NCBI GenBank assembly: GCA_951406725.2
Contig: OX597842.1
Coordinates: 496,001-560,000, forward strand
Length of the DNA: 64,000 bases
Direction: 5' to 3'
From: Octopus vulgaris
Taxonomy: Eukaryota
In this document: piece after piece, positions 15,652-30,200 of the stretch
How positions within the stretch are numbered: the stretch's first letter is position 1
How the letters are laid out: every line of letters begins with the position of its first letter
Translations under genes and position numbers: made by a program
Notes under the pieces: generated by a model
What the model saw: the letters and a program-made list of their open reading frames with translations, nothing else
The model's database searches: none
What the model was told of the DNA's origin: nothing

Positions 15652-15908
15652 ATATATATATATATGTATGGCTAGTGAATTGCTTAAAATGCATAAACTA
15701 ATATATAGACACGTATTAAATGTTGAATGAAGCAAATTATAATTATGTATTTGTTCATGTATGTGTATATATAAATATAACATACACACACACACATATA
15801 TAGAAATATGCACATATACATATACACATACACACACACACATAGAAATACATGTACACATATTTTCAGACACATTAGACATATATATATATATACGTAT
15901 ATATTTAT

Positions 15909-15956
<48 letters not shown>

Positions 15957-16146
15957 ATAAATAAATATATATATATGGATATAAATATCCATATATATAT
16001 ACACACTCACATACAGACATAGATATATATATATATACGCACATGCACATACATACATAAACAGACGCACACACACACATATATCATAGACACATGAAAT
16101 ATGTAAAAAAAAATGGAACAGTTTGAGGCATAAATATTTCAAAATA

Positions 16147-16149
<3 letters not shown>

Positions 16150-16242
<93 letters not shown>
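16150..16242. repeat. Perfect (TA)n of about 46 units
   Basis: Directly visible. Confidence 0.95.
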
Positions 16243-16245
<3 letters not shown>

Positions 16246-17069
16246 CATCATCAGTGCTGCTGTGAAAATGCACTATTACATACCACCACCACCACCACCA
16301 TCCACACCAGCCCCATTTCTACAACAACAACACCACCAACATAACATCAAATATTCATCTATTGAATACACACACACACACACACACAAGAGCTCCTATA
16401 CACTTGCACACTTGTGTTTAATGAACTGAAATTCCGAAGTTTCCAAGAATGGTAGAGCGAAGCCATCAAGAATTAAAGAACCACAGTGTCTGTTGGAATG
16501 CAATAACAAAGGAGCTATCTATGTGGTCGTTGAATTTGCTAGAAATAACACCCAGAATTTTGTCAGGTTACATCTTACTGTCTTATGTATATATGTATAT
16601 GTATTGAATCAAAGATGGAAACCTCTACATGGTAGCTAGACTTGGTAGAAATAGCAGTCAAATTTCCCTCAAATCTCACCCTGCTTTTTTAGGTTCTCTC
16701 TGTTTTTTTTCTCTTATTCCTTTCTGTTAAAGAGCATATGGCTCGAAGTACATAAAAGACAATTTCATTTTCATTTTCCCGAGCATCAAACTAATACAGG
16801 AAGGGGGTGTTGTCATACTTTGTAGTGTACACTGAAAAAATAAATCAAACAGCGTTTCAGCTCTGTTTGAATATACGTGTATGTAAACGAGGGGTATGTG
16901 AATGTGTGCATAGTTTATCTTTGTTCTCTTAGTATTTGGGTTTATTTTTTGATTTGGTTGAATCTTGGTCTTTTTTTTGTTGGTCAGTTATTTTTAGCGT
17001 TTTGACAGAAAAGTCATTCATAAGCGTGCCCAAACAAGTTGAATGCTTACACAGAACAGGTTTTATAAC

Positions 17070-18040
17070 CGCCTTTAATCAAGCAAATTGATCTCAGAAT
17101 GTATTCTTTGTAAGCCTAGTACTTATTGTTTCAGTAACTTTTGCCGAACCACTAAGTTACGGGGATGTAAACACACCAACATCATTTGTCAAGCGATGGT
17201 GGAGGGATAAACACACTGACACACACACACATACGTTGGGCTTCTATCAGTTTCCATCTATCAAATCCATTCAACAGGCTGTAGTGGAAGAGACTTGCCG
17301 AAGGTGTCACACAGTGGGACTGAACCTGAAACCATGTGTTTTATTTCAATTGGATTCAGTCCCACCATGTGGCACCTTCGGCAAGAGTCTTCCTCTACAG
17401 CCTCAGGCCAACCAAGGCCTTGTGAGTGCTTTTGGTAGATGGAAACTGAAAGAAGCCTGCTGTATATATATCAACATGTGTCTGTGTTTGTCTCCCTCTC
17501 CACTGCTTGACAACCAGTGTTGGCGTGTTTATGTCCCTGAAACTTAATGGCTCCGCAAAAGAGAGCACTAGAATAAATATCAAGCTTAAAAAAAAAAGGT
17601 ATTGGGGTCAATATATTCGACTATAAATTCTTCAAAGTAGTGCCCCAGCATGGCCACAGTCTAATGACAGGAACGAGTAAAAGATAAAAGATAATATATA
17701 TATATTCTTTTATTCTTTTATTTGTTTCAGTCATTTGACTGTGGCCATGCTGGAGCACCGCCTTTAGTTGAACAAACTGACCCCAAGATTTATTGTTTGT
17801 AAGTCTAATGCTTATTCTATCAGTAGCTTTTGCTGAACTGCTAAGTTACGGGTATGTAAACACACCAACATCAGTTGTCAAGCGATAGTGTGGGGACAAA
17901 CACAGCGACACAAATACACGCACACATATATGACAGGCTTCTTTCAGTTTCCATCTACGGAATCCACTCACAAGGCTTTGGTCGGCCTAAGGCTATAGTA
18001 GAAGACACTTGCTGGATGTAGCATGCAGTCAGATTGAACT
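17070..18040. mobile_element. Cluster of three decayed SINE family A copies (-, +, -)
   Basis: 17070-17340 minus, 17350-17690 plus, 17705-18040 minus. Confidence 0.8.
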
Positions 18041-18068
18041 CAAAACAATTCTACAATTATGCTACTTC

Positions 18069-18109
<41 letters not shown>

Positions 18110-18120
18110 TAATAATAATA

Positions 18121-18547
18121 GAAATTAAGGCCAACAGACCAGATATAGTTGTCAGAGATCATGAAGAAAAAAATGTTTTCTAATTGATGTATCAATACCA
18201 GCGGATGACAACGTGTCTCTAAAAGAAATGGAGAAACTTTCAAAATACGAAGACCTGGAAATAGAGGTAACCAGAATGTGGAATCTAAAAACAGAAACAA
18301 TTCCTATCATAGTAGGTGCATCAGGCATGATAAAAAAATATTCAGACAAATACATAAAAACACCAGGACTTACAAACACATATAACATACAGAAAATTGC
18401 ACTACTGGGCTCTGCACACATCCTACGCAGAACACTTTCAATACAATAACCATCAGAGCATCACAACAAATCACAGCACATACCCAAGGCACACAGAGCT
18501 GCGCTCGGTAGTGAAGTGAAAGCACTCTATAAAAATAAAACTACTGA
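18121..18547 (+). mobile_element. 3' end of an R4/Dong-type non-LTR retrotransposon (restriction-like endonuclease domain plus 3' UTR), frameshifted
   Basis: EIKANRPDIVVRDHEEK/CFLIDVSIPADDNVSLKEMEKLSKYEDLEIEVTRMW...LGSAHILRRTLSIQ*: PD-(D/E)xK RLE motifs (RPD, D, K..KY..L); flanked by (TAA)n. Confidence 0.88.
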
Positions 18548-18564
18548 ATAATGATAATAATAAT

Positions 18565-19053
18565 AAAGCTAATAAACCGGATATTATTATAAAAGATCAG
18601 ACAAAAAAGGTGTGTTTATTAATTGTCATGAGTATTCCCTGTGATCACAATATAGCGGCGAAAGAATTTGACAAGATTAGTAAATATAAAGACTTGCTAA
18701 TAGAAATTGAAAATATGTGGCATCTCAAGGCGACTACAGTACCAGTGATTGTAGGATCTCGAGGAATGATAAAAAAAAGGTACTGAAACCTATTTGAAAA
18801 TGATTCCAGGCTTACCATCCCTACAAGGAGTGCAAAATATTGTATTAACTGGAATGGCTCATGTACTGAGAAGAGCATTATCACTGTGAAAACAACATCC
18901 ATTGATGAATTTATTTATTTATTAATTTTTTTTAATACATATTTTATCTGTGAATTTGCGTGTGTAATCTAGGAATGCATACAATGAGCTTCTCTGGCCT
19001 ATGTGTATGGAAAACACTCGGCGAGAAACGGAAGAAAATTTGAAGAAAGAAGG
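18565..19053 (+). mobile_element. Second, divergent R4/Dong-type RLE 3' end
   Basis: KANKPDIIIKDQTKKVCLLIVMSIPCDHNIAAKEFDKISKYKDLLIEIENMWHLK...VLRRALSL*; one frameshift in an A run; ends in (TAA)n. Confidence 0.85.
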
Positions 19054-19084
19054 AATAATGATAATAATAATAATAATAATAATG

Positions 19085-19615
<531 letters not shown>

Positions 19616-19636
19616 GTCTTAATAATAATAATAATA

Positions 19637-20120
19637 AATTGTTTTGTCTTGGTATAAAAGATGGGCTACAGCAAATATTCTGCTCAATCCCACAGATTTG
19701 CTTGTCAGTTGTTTGACCTTAACCAGTTGAGCATGTCCCTCAGTGGCTGACGATATGTGCATCTCTGATCACGAGCAGAATTAGTGGGGAAGCATCATAG
19801 CCATGTGTTGAGAGGAATTCTTGGGGGTTTGGATAATTCACCTCTGGAAACATGGGTGGTTCGTTCAACATTCTTAAACAACCCTTATTCAGGGAGCTTT
19901 TGAGCAGGATGGGCTACATGACCAGAAGAAAATTCTAACTGGGCCCAACCTGCAAGGTCATGCGCTTTTTATCTTGATATGAGATCACCATGTCATGCAC
20001 ATATGGTTGTGATGCATGTGCCTGGTGTACCCTTATCAGACGGGTAGTTATGATGGGTATTCTGGGCTTCGTATATTTTACCCCAGTGTCACTTTGATGG
20101 TGTGCACTGCTCTCTCATTC
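19637..20120 (+). mobile_element. Family E element flanked by (AAT)n
   Basis: Reverse complement of 57848-58330. Confidence 0.85.
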
Positions 20121-20155
<35 letters not shown>

Positions 20156-20167
20156 GAAGAAGAAGAA

Positions 20168-20393
20168 GCATGGGTTGGTTGGTTCGACTGGGAAGCAGGA
20201 AGGCTGCACCTGGCTCCAGTCTGATCTGGCAATGTTTCTACAGCTGGATGCCCTTCCTAATACCAACCACTCCGTGAGTGTAGTGGGTGCTTTTTATGTG
20301 CCACCTGCACAGGTGCCAGGCGAGGCTGGCAACGGCCACGATCGGATTGGTGCATTTTACGTGCCACCGGTACGGAAGCCAGTCGAGGCGGCA
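20168..20393 (-). mobile_element. Family D (RTE-type 3' UTR)
   Basis: Reverse complement of the 62480-62710 segment. Confidence 0.75.
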
Positions 20394-20394
20394 C

Positions 20395-20500
<106 letters not shown>

Positions 20501-20823
20501 AAAAACAACAATAGCAACAACAAATGTGATGAAAATAGCAAGATATCTCATGAATAAGATTTGTTTGACTTTTATATATATTTTTAAAATATAGAAACAA
20601 AGGCACACACACAAAAAAAAAACAAAACAAAAAGCTTCAAATAAAATTATGTTTTGTTAATGATTGTTTAAAATAGTTCTAAACAGGGAAATAACGTAAA
20701 ATAAAGTTTTCAAAAAAAGTCTATTCTGATTTATCAATATGGCAGTTTGATGAAGAAGGAGCAGGGTGGCGCAGGGGGGCGGTGGTTGGGGTGGTGAGTG
20801 GCTGTTGTGTGCAAGTGTGGGGG

Positions 20824-20883
<60 letters not shown>

Positions 20884-21225
20884 GGTGGCGGTGAGGAGAT
20901 AATATATTTATTAATGTATGTGTTTCATTTTTCTAATTTGAATTTCATATTTTGTAATTTTTGAAAATGTATGTATATTTGCGCTTGTGTGCGCGTGTGT
21001 GTGTGTGTGCTTGTGTGTGTGTGTGCTTGTATATACTTACACAGATGTGTGTATGTATGTTGAAATATGATAAATGTGTATGAGTATGTGTATATATATA
21101 TATACATTTATATACGTATATATATATATAAGTGTATGTATATATATATATACATATATACATATATATATATGTATGTATGTATATATATGTATGTATG
21201 TATATATATATGTATATATATATAT

Positions 21226-21282
<57 letters not shown>

Positions 21283-21900
21283 TATATGTATATATATATA
21301 TATATATGTATGTGTATGTATATATATATACATATATATATATGTGTATATATATATACATATATATATATAAACTAATACGTGTGTGTATGTGTATAAA
21401 TATATATGCATACATGTATATAAAGATATAGATGATTATGCACAAATATATACATATATATATATGTATGTATATGCTTTCATATTCATACATACATAGA
21501 TAGAAAAATTGATAAATAAAGAGATATAAATATTTATACCCCCCACCACCACCACCACCACCACACACACACACATGCAATCTTTTCAATTAAAATTTCT
21601 GTATTTTCAAATTTTTCAAAATTTACATTTGCTGTTTGAGTTTCCTTTTGAATTTTCGATTTTGTCTTTGAGATTGTCTCTTCCTTGGAACTTGCCTACC
21701 ATCATCCTCTTTTCTTCAGCTCTATGATATTCATTCCGTTAAGTTTTCTCTCAATTAACATCTTTTGAATTCACAGGTCCTTTATTTTCCTTCTTTGTAG
21801 TCCTCTTTGCTATAAGGGCCTCAAGCCTTGTTTGGGACAAAATTGTATGAAAAAACGTCAGGGTTGGAGTCTAGCTATTTTTCGAAATATATCCTCATCA

Positions 21901-21947
21901 TACAGTTGTGGCCAAAATTTTGGAACATATTTTAAAAAATTGAAATT
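21901..21947 (+). mobile_element. Possible Tc1-type terminal inverted repeat fragment
   Basis: TA + CAGTTGTGGCCAAAA... resembles Tc1-family termini; no partner end found. Confidence 0.35.
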
Positions 21948-22118
21948 AGGCGTAGGAGTGGCTGTGTGGTAAGTAGCTTGCTTACCATCGACAAGATTCC
22001 GGGTTCAGTCCCACTGCATGGCACCTTGGGCAAGTGCCTTCTACTATAGCCTTGGGCTCACCAAAGCCTTGTGAGTGGATTTGGTAGATGGAAACTGAAA
22101 GAAGCCCGTCGTATATAT

Positions 22119-22167
<49 letters not shown>

Positions 22168-22174
<7 letters not shown>

Positions 22175-22531
22175 GAAAGAATGGAGTCGAACGAAGATGT
22201 TAACAAAATTCCTTTACTCTCGACATATGTTTCGAAGACAACATGGTTTCATTCCAAAGGAATAAAGGGTGCATTAGGCAATCTTCTCATCAGGAAATGA
22301 AGCCATGTTGTCTTCGAAACATATGTCGAGAGTAAAGGAATTTTGTTAACATCTTCGTTCGACTTCATTTTTTCATTTATTCATATACAACACACAAATT
22401 TCTGCACATGAACCTGAAGTTTCTACCCTTGGACAGGTAGCTTCAACTGTGTTTCTGACATGAATTTGCTACTCAGGTTTCGGTTCAACAAATTTTCCAT
22501 GCTGACGATAAACATAGGATAATTCATTCAC

Positions 22532-22540
<9 letters not shown>
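22168..22540 (+). mobile_element. Penelope-like element remnant with inverted partial terminal repeat
   Basis: 86-bp arms 22168-22253 and 22296-22381, 42-nt spacer, right arm extends about 160 nt further, (TA)n on both sides, contains a hammerhead motif. Confidence 0.75.
22217..22297 (-). ncRNA. Type I minimal hammerhead ribozyme motif
   Basis: Minus strand reads TTTC-CTGATGA-GAAGA-[43 nt]-TCTTC-GAAA-CATATG-TC-GAGA: canonical core, 5-bp stem II, palindromic ACATATGT stem III, GUC triplet, predicted cut 3' of position 22222. Confidence 0.85.
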
Positions 22541-22571
<31 letters not shown>

Positions 22572-23202
22572 GTGTATGTGTATGTATGAGCTTGTGTGTC
22601 TGTGTTTGTCACCCCAACATCCCTTGACAAACGATGCTGGTGTGTTTACATCCCCGTAACTTAGCGGTTCAACAAAAGAGACTGAGAGAATAAGTACCAG
22701 ATTTACAAAGAATAAGTGCTGGAGTCAGCTGGGTCGACTAAAGGTGGTGCTCCAGCATGGCCGCTGTCAAATGGCTGAAACAAGTAAAAGAGTTATGTCC
22801 AAGTAGAATTCAATTCAAATATTTATTATAACTATAATATAAAATTTCCAATTTCCAAACCTATGTTCCAAATGAAGTAGCTACTTCGGTGATTGGACGA
22901 GAACCGGTGTTTTCAAAGTGATATGGCCATTGTTTATTTCAAGAATGACATGGTGAAGTAGGTGTGAGAAGCAGGATCAGGTCAGTTTGACCATAAAGCA
23001 GGTAGAATATTTGGGCTGGACATGGCCAGTTTAACCCTGTATCATTTAGATTTATATATTTAGATTTAGCGTTTGCTCCCCTGCTTGCAATAAATCGGAC
23101 ACAGGTTGTGTCATTAACCAACTGGAGGACATGTTCTGGGATTAAAACAGAGTAGTAATGCTGTTCCATATGGAACAGCCATACTGAAGTTTGTTTGTTC
23201 CA

Positions 23203-23965
23203 TCTCAAGCCACACCTGGCTCATAAGGGCTGGTTTCCGTGGCGTATAGGTTCCCCACCTGGACGGGACACCAGTCCATCGCAGGTGAGCTGCAAGATGC
23301 AGGAGGAAAGAGTGAGAGAAAGTTGTGGCAAAAAAGTCAGCAGAAGTTCACCATTACCTCCTGCTGGAGCCATATGGAGCTTAGGTGTTTCGCTCATAAA
23401 CACACACATCACTTGGTCTGAGATTCGAACCCGCAATCCCTCGACTGCGAGTCTGCTGCTCTAACCACTAGGCCATGTGCCTGCACAAATATTCATTCTT
23501 GAGCCATGCCTGGCTCATAAGGGCCGGTTTCTGTGGCGTATAGGAACCATACCTGGACGGGACGCCAGTCCGTCGCAGGTGAGCTGCAAGATGCAGGAGG
23601 AAAGAGGGAGAGAAAGTTGTGACAAAAAAGTCAGCAGAAGCTCACCATTACCTTCTGCCAGAGCCGCGTGGAGCTTAGGTGTTTCACTCATAAACACACA
23701 TTACTCTCTTAAATGTGTTGCTGCTCTAACCACTAGGCCATGTGCATGCACAAATATTCCTTCTTGAGCCATGCTTGGCTCATAAGGGCCGGTTTCTGTG
23801 GCGTATAGGTTCCATACCTGGACGGGACGCCAGTCCGTCGCAGGTGAGCTGCAAGATGCAGGAGGAAAGAGGGAGAGAAAGTTGTGGCAAAAGAGTCAGC
23901 AGAAGCTCGCCATTACCTTCTGCTGGAGCCGTGTGGAGCTTAGGTGTTTTGCTCATAAACACACA
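23203..23965 (-). mobile_element. Three tandem copies of a family C-related tRNA SINE
   Basis: Units start near 23203, 23497 and 23763; first unit has A box TGGCCTAGTGG and B box GGTTCGAATC; tail GCGATGGACTGG..TCCCGTCCAGG. Confidence 0.88.
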
Positions 23966-24584
23966 TTACTCTCTTAAATGTGTTGCTTATATATTACCAT
24001 TGTTTTTAATTAATCATGAAGGAAAATATATCTTTGAGATTTTGATGACATGTTTATTTTTGCTGTGACATTGTAGGACAGGTTTAAGAAACTGAATCTG
24101 GTCAGTTTGAACATAAGACAGGTAGAATATTTGGGCGAGATATGGCTAGTTTAAATGTTGAAGGATTAAAACTATTAAAGACAGAAGAAAGTAAAATCCC
24201 TGTTGCATTAAGGGTTGGTTTGCACCCCCCGAGGCCATGCCACACTTCCTCATGATCTTCAGTCAGAAAGAAACTGCCATCAAATATTACATGTAGAGTG
24301 GACCTAAGAATTATAAAGTAAATTTGGATTATGGTCCTTAAGTGTGATGTAGGAGGTTGCGTGTGGAGATGATACACGTGTTGTCTGTCTTTATCAAAGT
24401 GGTACACTTATTTTGCTTCTGTTTTCATAATGTTTTCTATTATTTTCTTGTCTGTTTTGGTGATGGTGTTCGACTTTCAGATAGATGTCTGTTGTGAGTA
24501 GCTGTAATTGTTTTAAATAGGATTTTGGTTTTAACAGCCAGGAAGTGTATTTTGGATATGTACAAACTCACACGTAAGTATTAA

Positions 24585-24605
24585 TATATATATGTATATG
24601 TGTGT

Positions 24606-24649
<44 letters not shown>

Positions 24650-24819
24650 GTGTGTGTGTGTGTGTGTGTAAGAATGAATATATGTGTGTGTATGTACATA
24701 TATGTGTGTGTATATATAACTAAATATACACACACATATGCTACATCTAAATTCTGTTGCTTATATTAATAAATGCATGTGTGAGTAAGGGTAAAAGTGT
24801 ATATACATACATATATCTG

Positions 24820-24896
<77 letters not shown>

Positions 24897-24997
24897 GTAT
24901 GTATATATATATATATATATACACACATATGTATGTATATATATATGTGTGTGTGTGCGCGTATGTATATATATATATATACACACACATATGTATG

Positions 24998-25033
<36 letters not shown>

Positions 25034-25600
25034 TATATATATATATATACATTATATGTTGACAGAAAGATGAGGAGAGAGAGAAAAAGAGAGAAAGACA
25101 CAAACACAAACACATACATTCATACAATACACATACATACATACATATACATTACAACACCCGATTCATATCTAGATGCACAGAGACAGTCAAATTGACA
25201 TCAACATGCCCACCACCAAGTAACCTATGTCCACAACAGCAATAAGGTTGTCTCACCAAGTTCACATCGCATCACATGACATCTACTCCCCTCCGACCCC
25301 ATCAACACCACCACCCAACACCACCACCACCCGCCATCCCATAACAACTACACTCTCTACCTCACACTATGACAAGTTTTATGGCGCTCAGCCGACCATG
25401 AAATCTTCCCTCCATTCATACACACATCACTGAACAGGTGTTACAGCAGATGATGCTTGCATGTGTGTGTGTGTGTGTGTGTGTGTGAGTGTGTGTATGT
25501 GTGTGTGTGTGTGTCTTTCATTGTGTGCTTGTGTGCATAAATGTCTAGGAATGTGGATGTGTGCGCATGTAGTTTAGTGTATGTGTGTGTATGTATGTAT

Positions 25601-25688
<88 letters not shown>

Positions 25689-25729
25689 ATATATATATAT
25701 ATGTATATATATATATGTATGTATGTATG

Positions 25730-25763
<34 letters not shown>

Positions 25764-25862
25764 TATATATACACACATATATATATAATGTAGATGTGTG
25801 TTGAATATCTATACATTTGAATATCTATACATATGATTATATATCATCATCATCATCATGTA

Positions 25863-25893
<31 letters not shown>

Positions 25894-27002
25894 AATATAC
25901 ATACGTACATATACACACATATAGACACACAGACAAAAACGAACAGACATTCATACATATATTCACACATGTATGCACAAGCCTAGATGGATGTATACAC
26001 ACACACACACACGTTATATGTAAAAATGCATCTATATATGTATGTCTGCATATATACACACATATATATATTATACACACACACACACACATATACTGAT
26101 ATATAATTATATATTCACACATCTATGCACAAGTCTAGATGGATGTATATATACATATACACACACACATATATATATATGTTATATGTAAAAATGCACC
26201 TATATATGTCTTTCTGCATATATACACACACATATATGTATATTATACACACACATATATGTATATTATACACACACACACACATATACTGATATAATTA
26301 TATCCATATCTAACTGTATTTATATTTAGTTACAGACATATACATATATACATAAATAAACATATATATATATATACATATATATAAATGTGTGTATATA
26401 TATAAATATAAATATATATGTATATATGTGTGTATAAATATATATATTGTATATATGTATGTATATATATTGTATATATGTATGTATATATATATATATA
26501 TGTATATAAAATGCATATATATATATATATATATTGATACATGCATGCATGCATACACTCGAACGCACCCATATACACACGTATAAACATATGTAACCAT
26601 TAGTATTATAAATGTATATACGTCCAGGAAATGCCCACCAGCCTATAGCAGCATGCAGAAAAAAGACATTAAATTAATAGGTTCATAAACTCAATCACAC
26701 ATAAATATATATATACACACACACAAATATATACATACATATATATAGATATGTAAGTATATGTAGTATATACATAAGATGGATACATTAACACAAACAA
26801 CTAGACACACATACACACAAATATATATATATATATACAAATATATATTTGTGTGTGGTAGATATATAGGTATTTAAAAGTCTTTATACACCTCAACGCA
26901 AATGTGTGCATAGAAAATATACGCGTATTAGTTTTACGTCATTATTTTTACACAGCACTTGTTTCATTTTGGCATTTTCCTATACCCAGGATCGTAAAGT
27001 TT

Positions 27003-27036
<34 letters not shown>

Positions 27037-27038
27037 TG

Positions 27039-27069
<31 letters not shown>

Positions 27070-27649
27070 GTGTGTGTATGTATGTATGTATGTATGTATG
27101 TATGTATGTATGTATGTATGTGTGTGTGTATGTATGTATGTGTGTGTGTATGTATGTGTGTATGTATGTGTGTATGTATGTATGTATGTATGTAAGTATG
27201 TATGTATGTATGCATGTGTGTATGTATGTATATATGTATGTATGTATGTATGTAATGGTGAGCAATGTGTGTGTTTGTTTATGTATTTATGTATACACAT
27301 ATGCATACATGTGTACATGTACGTACGTGTGGCATATATATATGTATATATATATATGCATACACATATATATACTTCTGTATATTTATACATAAATAGT
27401 GAATTGTACATAGATACGCATACATATAATCTATGTCTGTTTGTCTGTCTGTGTGTATGTATCTATCTATCTATGTAGACAGATAGAGAGATAGATAGAT
27501 AGATAGATAGAAAGAGAGAGAGAGAGAGAAGTAGGTATGCACACACATCTCCACACATTTATATATTTATGTACAGAGCTGTAGATATATATGCAGATAT
27601 ATACATCACTGTATGTATGCATGTGTGTGTATATATGTGTGTGTTTGTT

Positions 27650-27686
<37 letters not shown>

Positions 27687-28140
27687 TCACTCATACAGTG
27701 ATGTATATATGTGTGTGTATATATTTATATCTATATATACATATATATATATACATCACTGTATGTATGCATGTGTGTGTATATATGTATATATATATAT
27801 ATATATATATAGATAGATAGATTTAGATATTTATATAGATATATATACATACATATATATATATATACATATATGTATATACACATACATAATTATATAT
27901 ATATATATGTATGTACATACACATACATAATTTCATATATATATATATACATATATGTATATACACATACATAATTATATATATATATGTACATACACAT
28001 ACATAATATCATATATATATATAAACAAGTATAGGTATATGGTGTATACATACATATATATTATATTATATTTTCTTTGTAACTACACATTGAGCATAAC
28101 TACATAAATATACTCATACACTATACACTCTTATTTTCTT
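24585..28140. repeat. Compound TA/CA/TATG/GATA microsatellite field
   Basis: Directly visible. Confidence 0.9.
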
Positions 28141-28199
28141 GTATTTGTTGATATTTGTTAGAAATAAATCGTACAACACACAATAGGTGTTGAAGGGAC

Positions 28200-28573
28200 A
28201 CACACACATACATACATACGACATACATTCATAAACACATACCTACATACATATATATATTTTATACACACACACAGTCATGTACACACACTTATATATA
28301 TATATGAGCGCCCTTGCGTCGTTTCATTTCTTTTCTCCAAGTAAGTTTTTATATATATATATATATATACATACATACATACATTTATAAATACATATTT
28401 ATATACATATTTATATTATACACACATACACACACACACAGTCATGTATACACACAGACACACACACATATATATATATATATACACATATACATACATA
28501 CGACATAAATTTATAAACACATATTTACGTACATATATATATATATATATCATACACACACACAGAGCCATGT

Positions 28574-28608
<35 letters not shown>

Positions 28609-28699
28609 CACATACATACATACATACATACAACATAAATTTATAAACACATATTTACGTACATATATATATATATTATACACACACACAGAGCCATGT

Positions 28700-28736
<37 letters not shown>

Positions 28737-29036
28737 CATACATACGACATAAATTTATAAACACATATTTACGTATATATATATATATATATATATATTA
28801 TACACACACACACACACACACAGTCATGTACACACACACATATATATATATATAGATACATACATACATATGACATAAATTTATAAACACATATTTACGT
28901 ACATATATATATATATATATATATTATACACACACACAGTCATGTACACACACACATATATATATAGATACATACATACATACGACATACATTTATAAAT
29001 ACATATTTATATACATACACATATATATATATTTAT

Positions 29037-29067
<31 letters not shown>

Positions 29068-29170
29068 CATACATACAACATACATTTATAAATACATATT
29101 TACATACATACACATATATATATATTTATACACACACACACACACAGAGTCACATACACACACATATATA
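28200..29170. repeat. Higher-order minisatellite (~110-130 bp period) built from microsatellite modules
   Basis: Anchor (c/t)gacataaatttataaacacatatttacgta recurs near 28501, 28632, 28746, 28872, 28983 and 29077. Confidence 0.85.
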
Positions 29171-29874
29171 TATTATTTTATTGTATTGGGGGTTGACTTT
29201 TCTTCCTTTGTAGCCATATATCTCAGAGCTTTGTGCCGGCTGGCGAGTTTCCGCTGTCATGGAGAAACGTGTTAAAAAAAGAGGTAACAAATTTATGCTT
29301 GACATTTCCACCATTGTGTTCATGTGTCTTCTGTATGTTTGGACAGGCCGGTTTTTGTTTATGTTCACCAAATGTTATAAATTCAGAAGCTATAATTCTC
29401 AATGTACGACTTATTTTCCTGCCTGTATATCGATATAATCTCTGTTTTGCTTTTTAAATATATTTTTCACACCTGATTGTTTGGTTAATAATACAGTTGT
29501 GTTGATGTTTTCCAACAGTTATAAGTTGACATTGTTGCCTTTTTTTCCCCCCTTCTCTGTTTCTGCGTTTGTGTATCGCATGGCTTTTTAAGTTCTTCAT
29601 CTTTCAATTTTGAATTCGTCTCTAACACATATCTTTCAGAATTTCAGAGTTAGTCTACAATTATTATGAAAACTCATAAATGATATGCAAGGTAGGAATA
29701 TACACTGTGTGCAGTAAATGTTGTGCTACCTCTGTTTGAGTGAACCATCAAATATAACTATGTAACATACATTCAACAATAATATTTTATACATAAGGCT
29801 TCTCTAGGTTAAAGAGAATTCAATACACATTCATTGTGGGAATTCAAAGGTCAAAACCTGTTGGGACCATATAT

Positions 29875-29927
<53 letters not shown>

Positions 29928-29931
<4 letters not shown>

Positions 29932-30140
29932 CTGTTGCCAGCCTCGTCTGGCCCCCATGCCGGTGGCACGTAAAAAGCACCCTCTACACTCATGGAGTGG
30001 TTGGCGTTAGGAAGGGCATCCAACTGTAGAAACACTGCCAGATCAGACTGGAGCCTGGTGCAGCCTCCTGGCTTCCCAGACCCCAGTTGAACCGTCCAAC
30101 CCATGCTAGCATGGAAAACAGATGTTAAATGATGATGATA
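29928..30140 (+). mobile_element. Family D (RTE-type 3' UTR with GAT tail)
   Basis: Matches 62475-62750. Confidence 0.8.
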
Positions 30141-30200
30141 TATACATTTGTGTATTCATATATATGTAAACGATGATGATGATGATGATATATATATATA

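Larger units (their letters stand above)
21948..22792 (+). mobile_element. SINE family A interrupted at its internal (TA)n by a fold-back element
   Basis: Head at 21948-22125 and remainder at 22560-22792 are collinear with intact copies. Confidence 0.85.

Noticed and set aside
29240-29275. CTGGCGA...GAAACGTG hammerhead-like remnant
   Set aside because: Core has A6 changed, stem II is out of register and stem I has no partner
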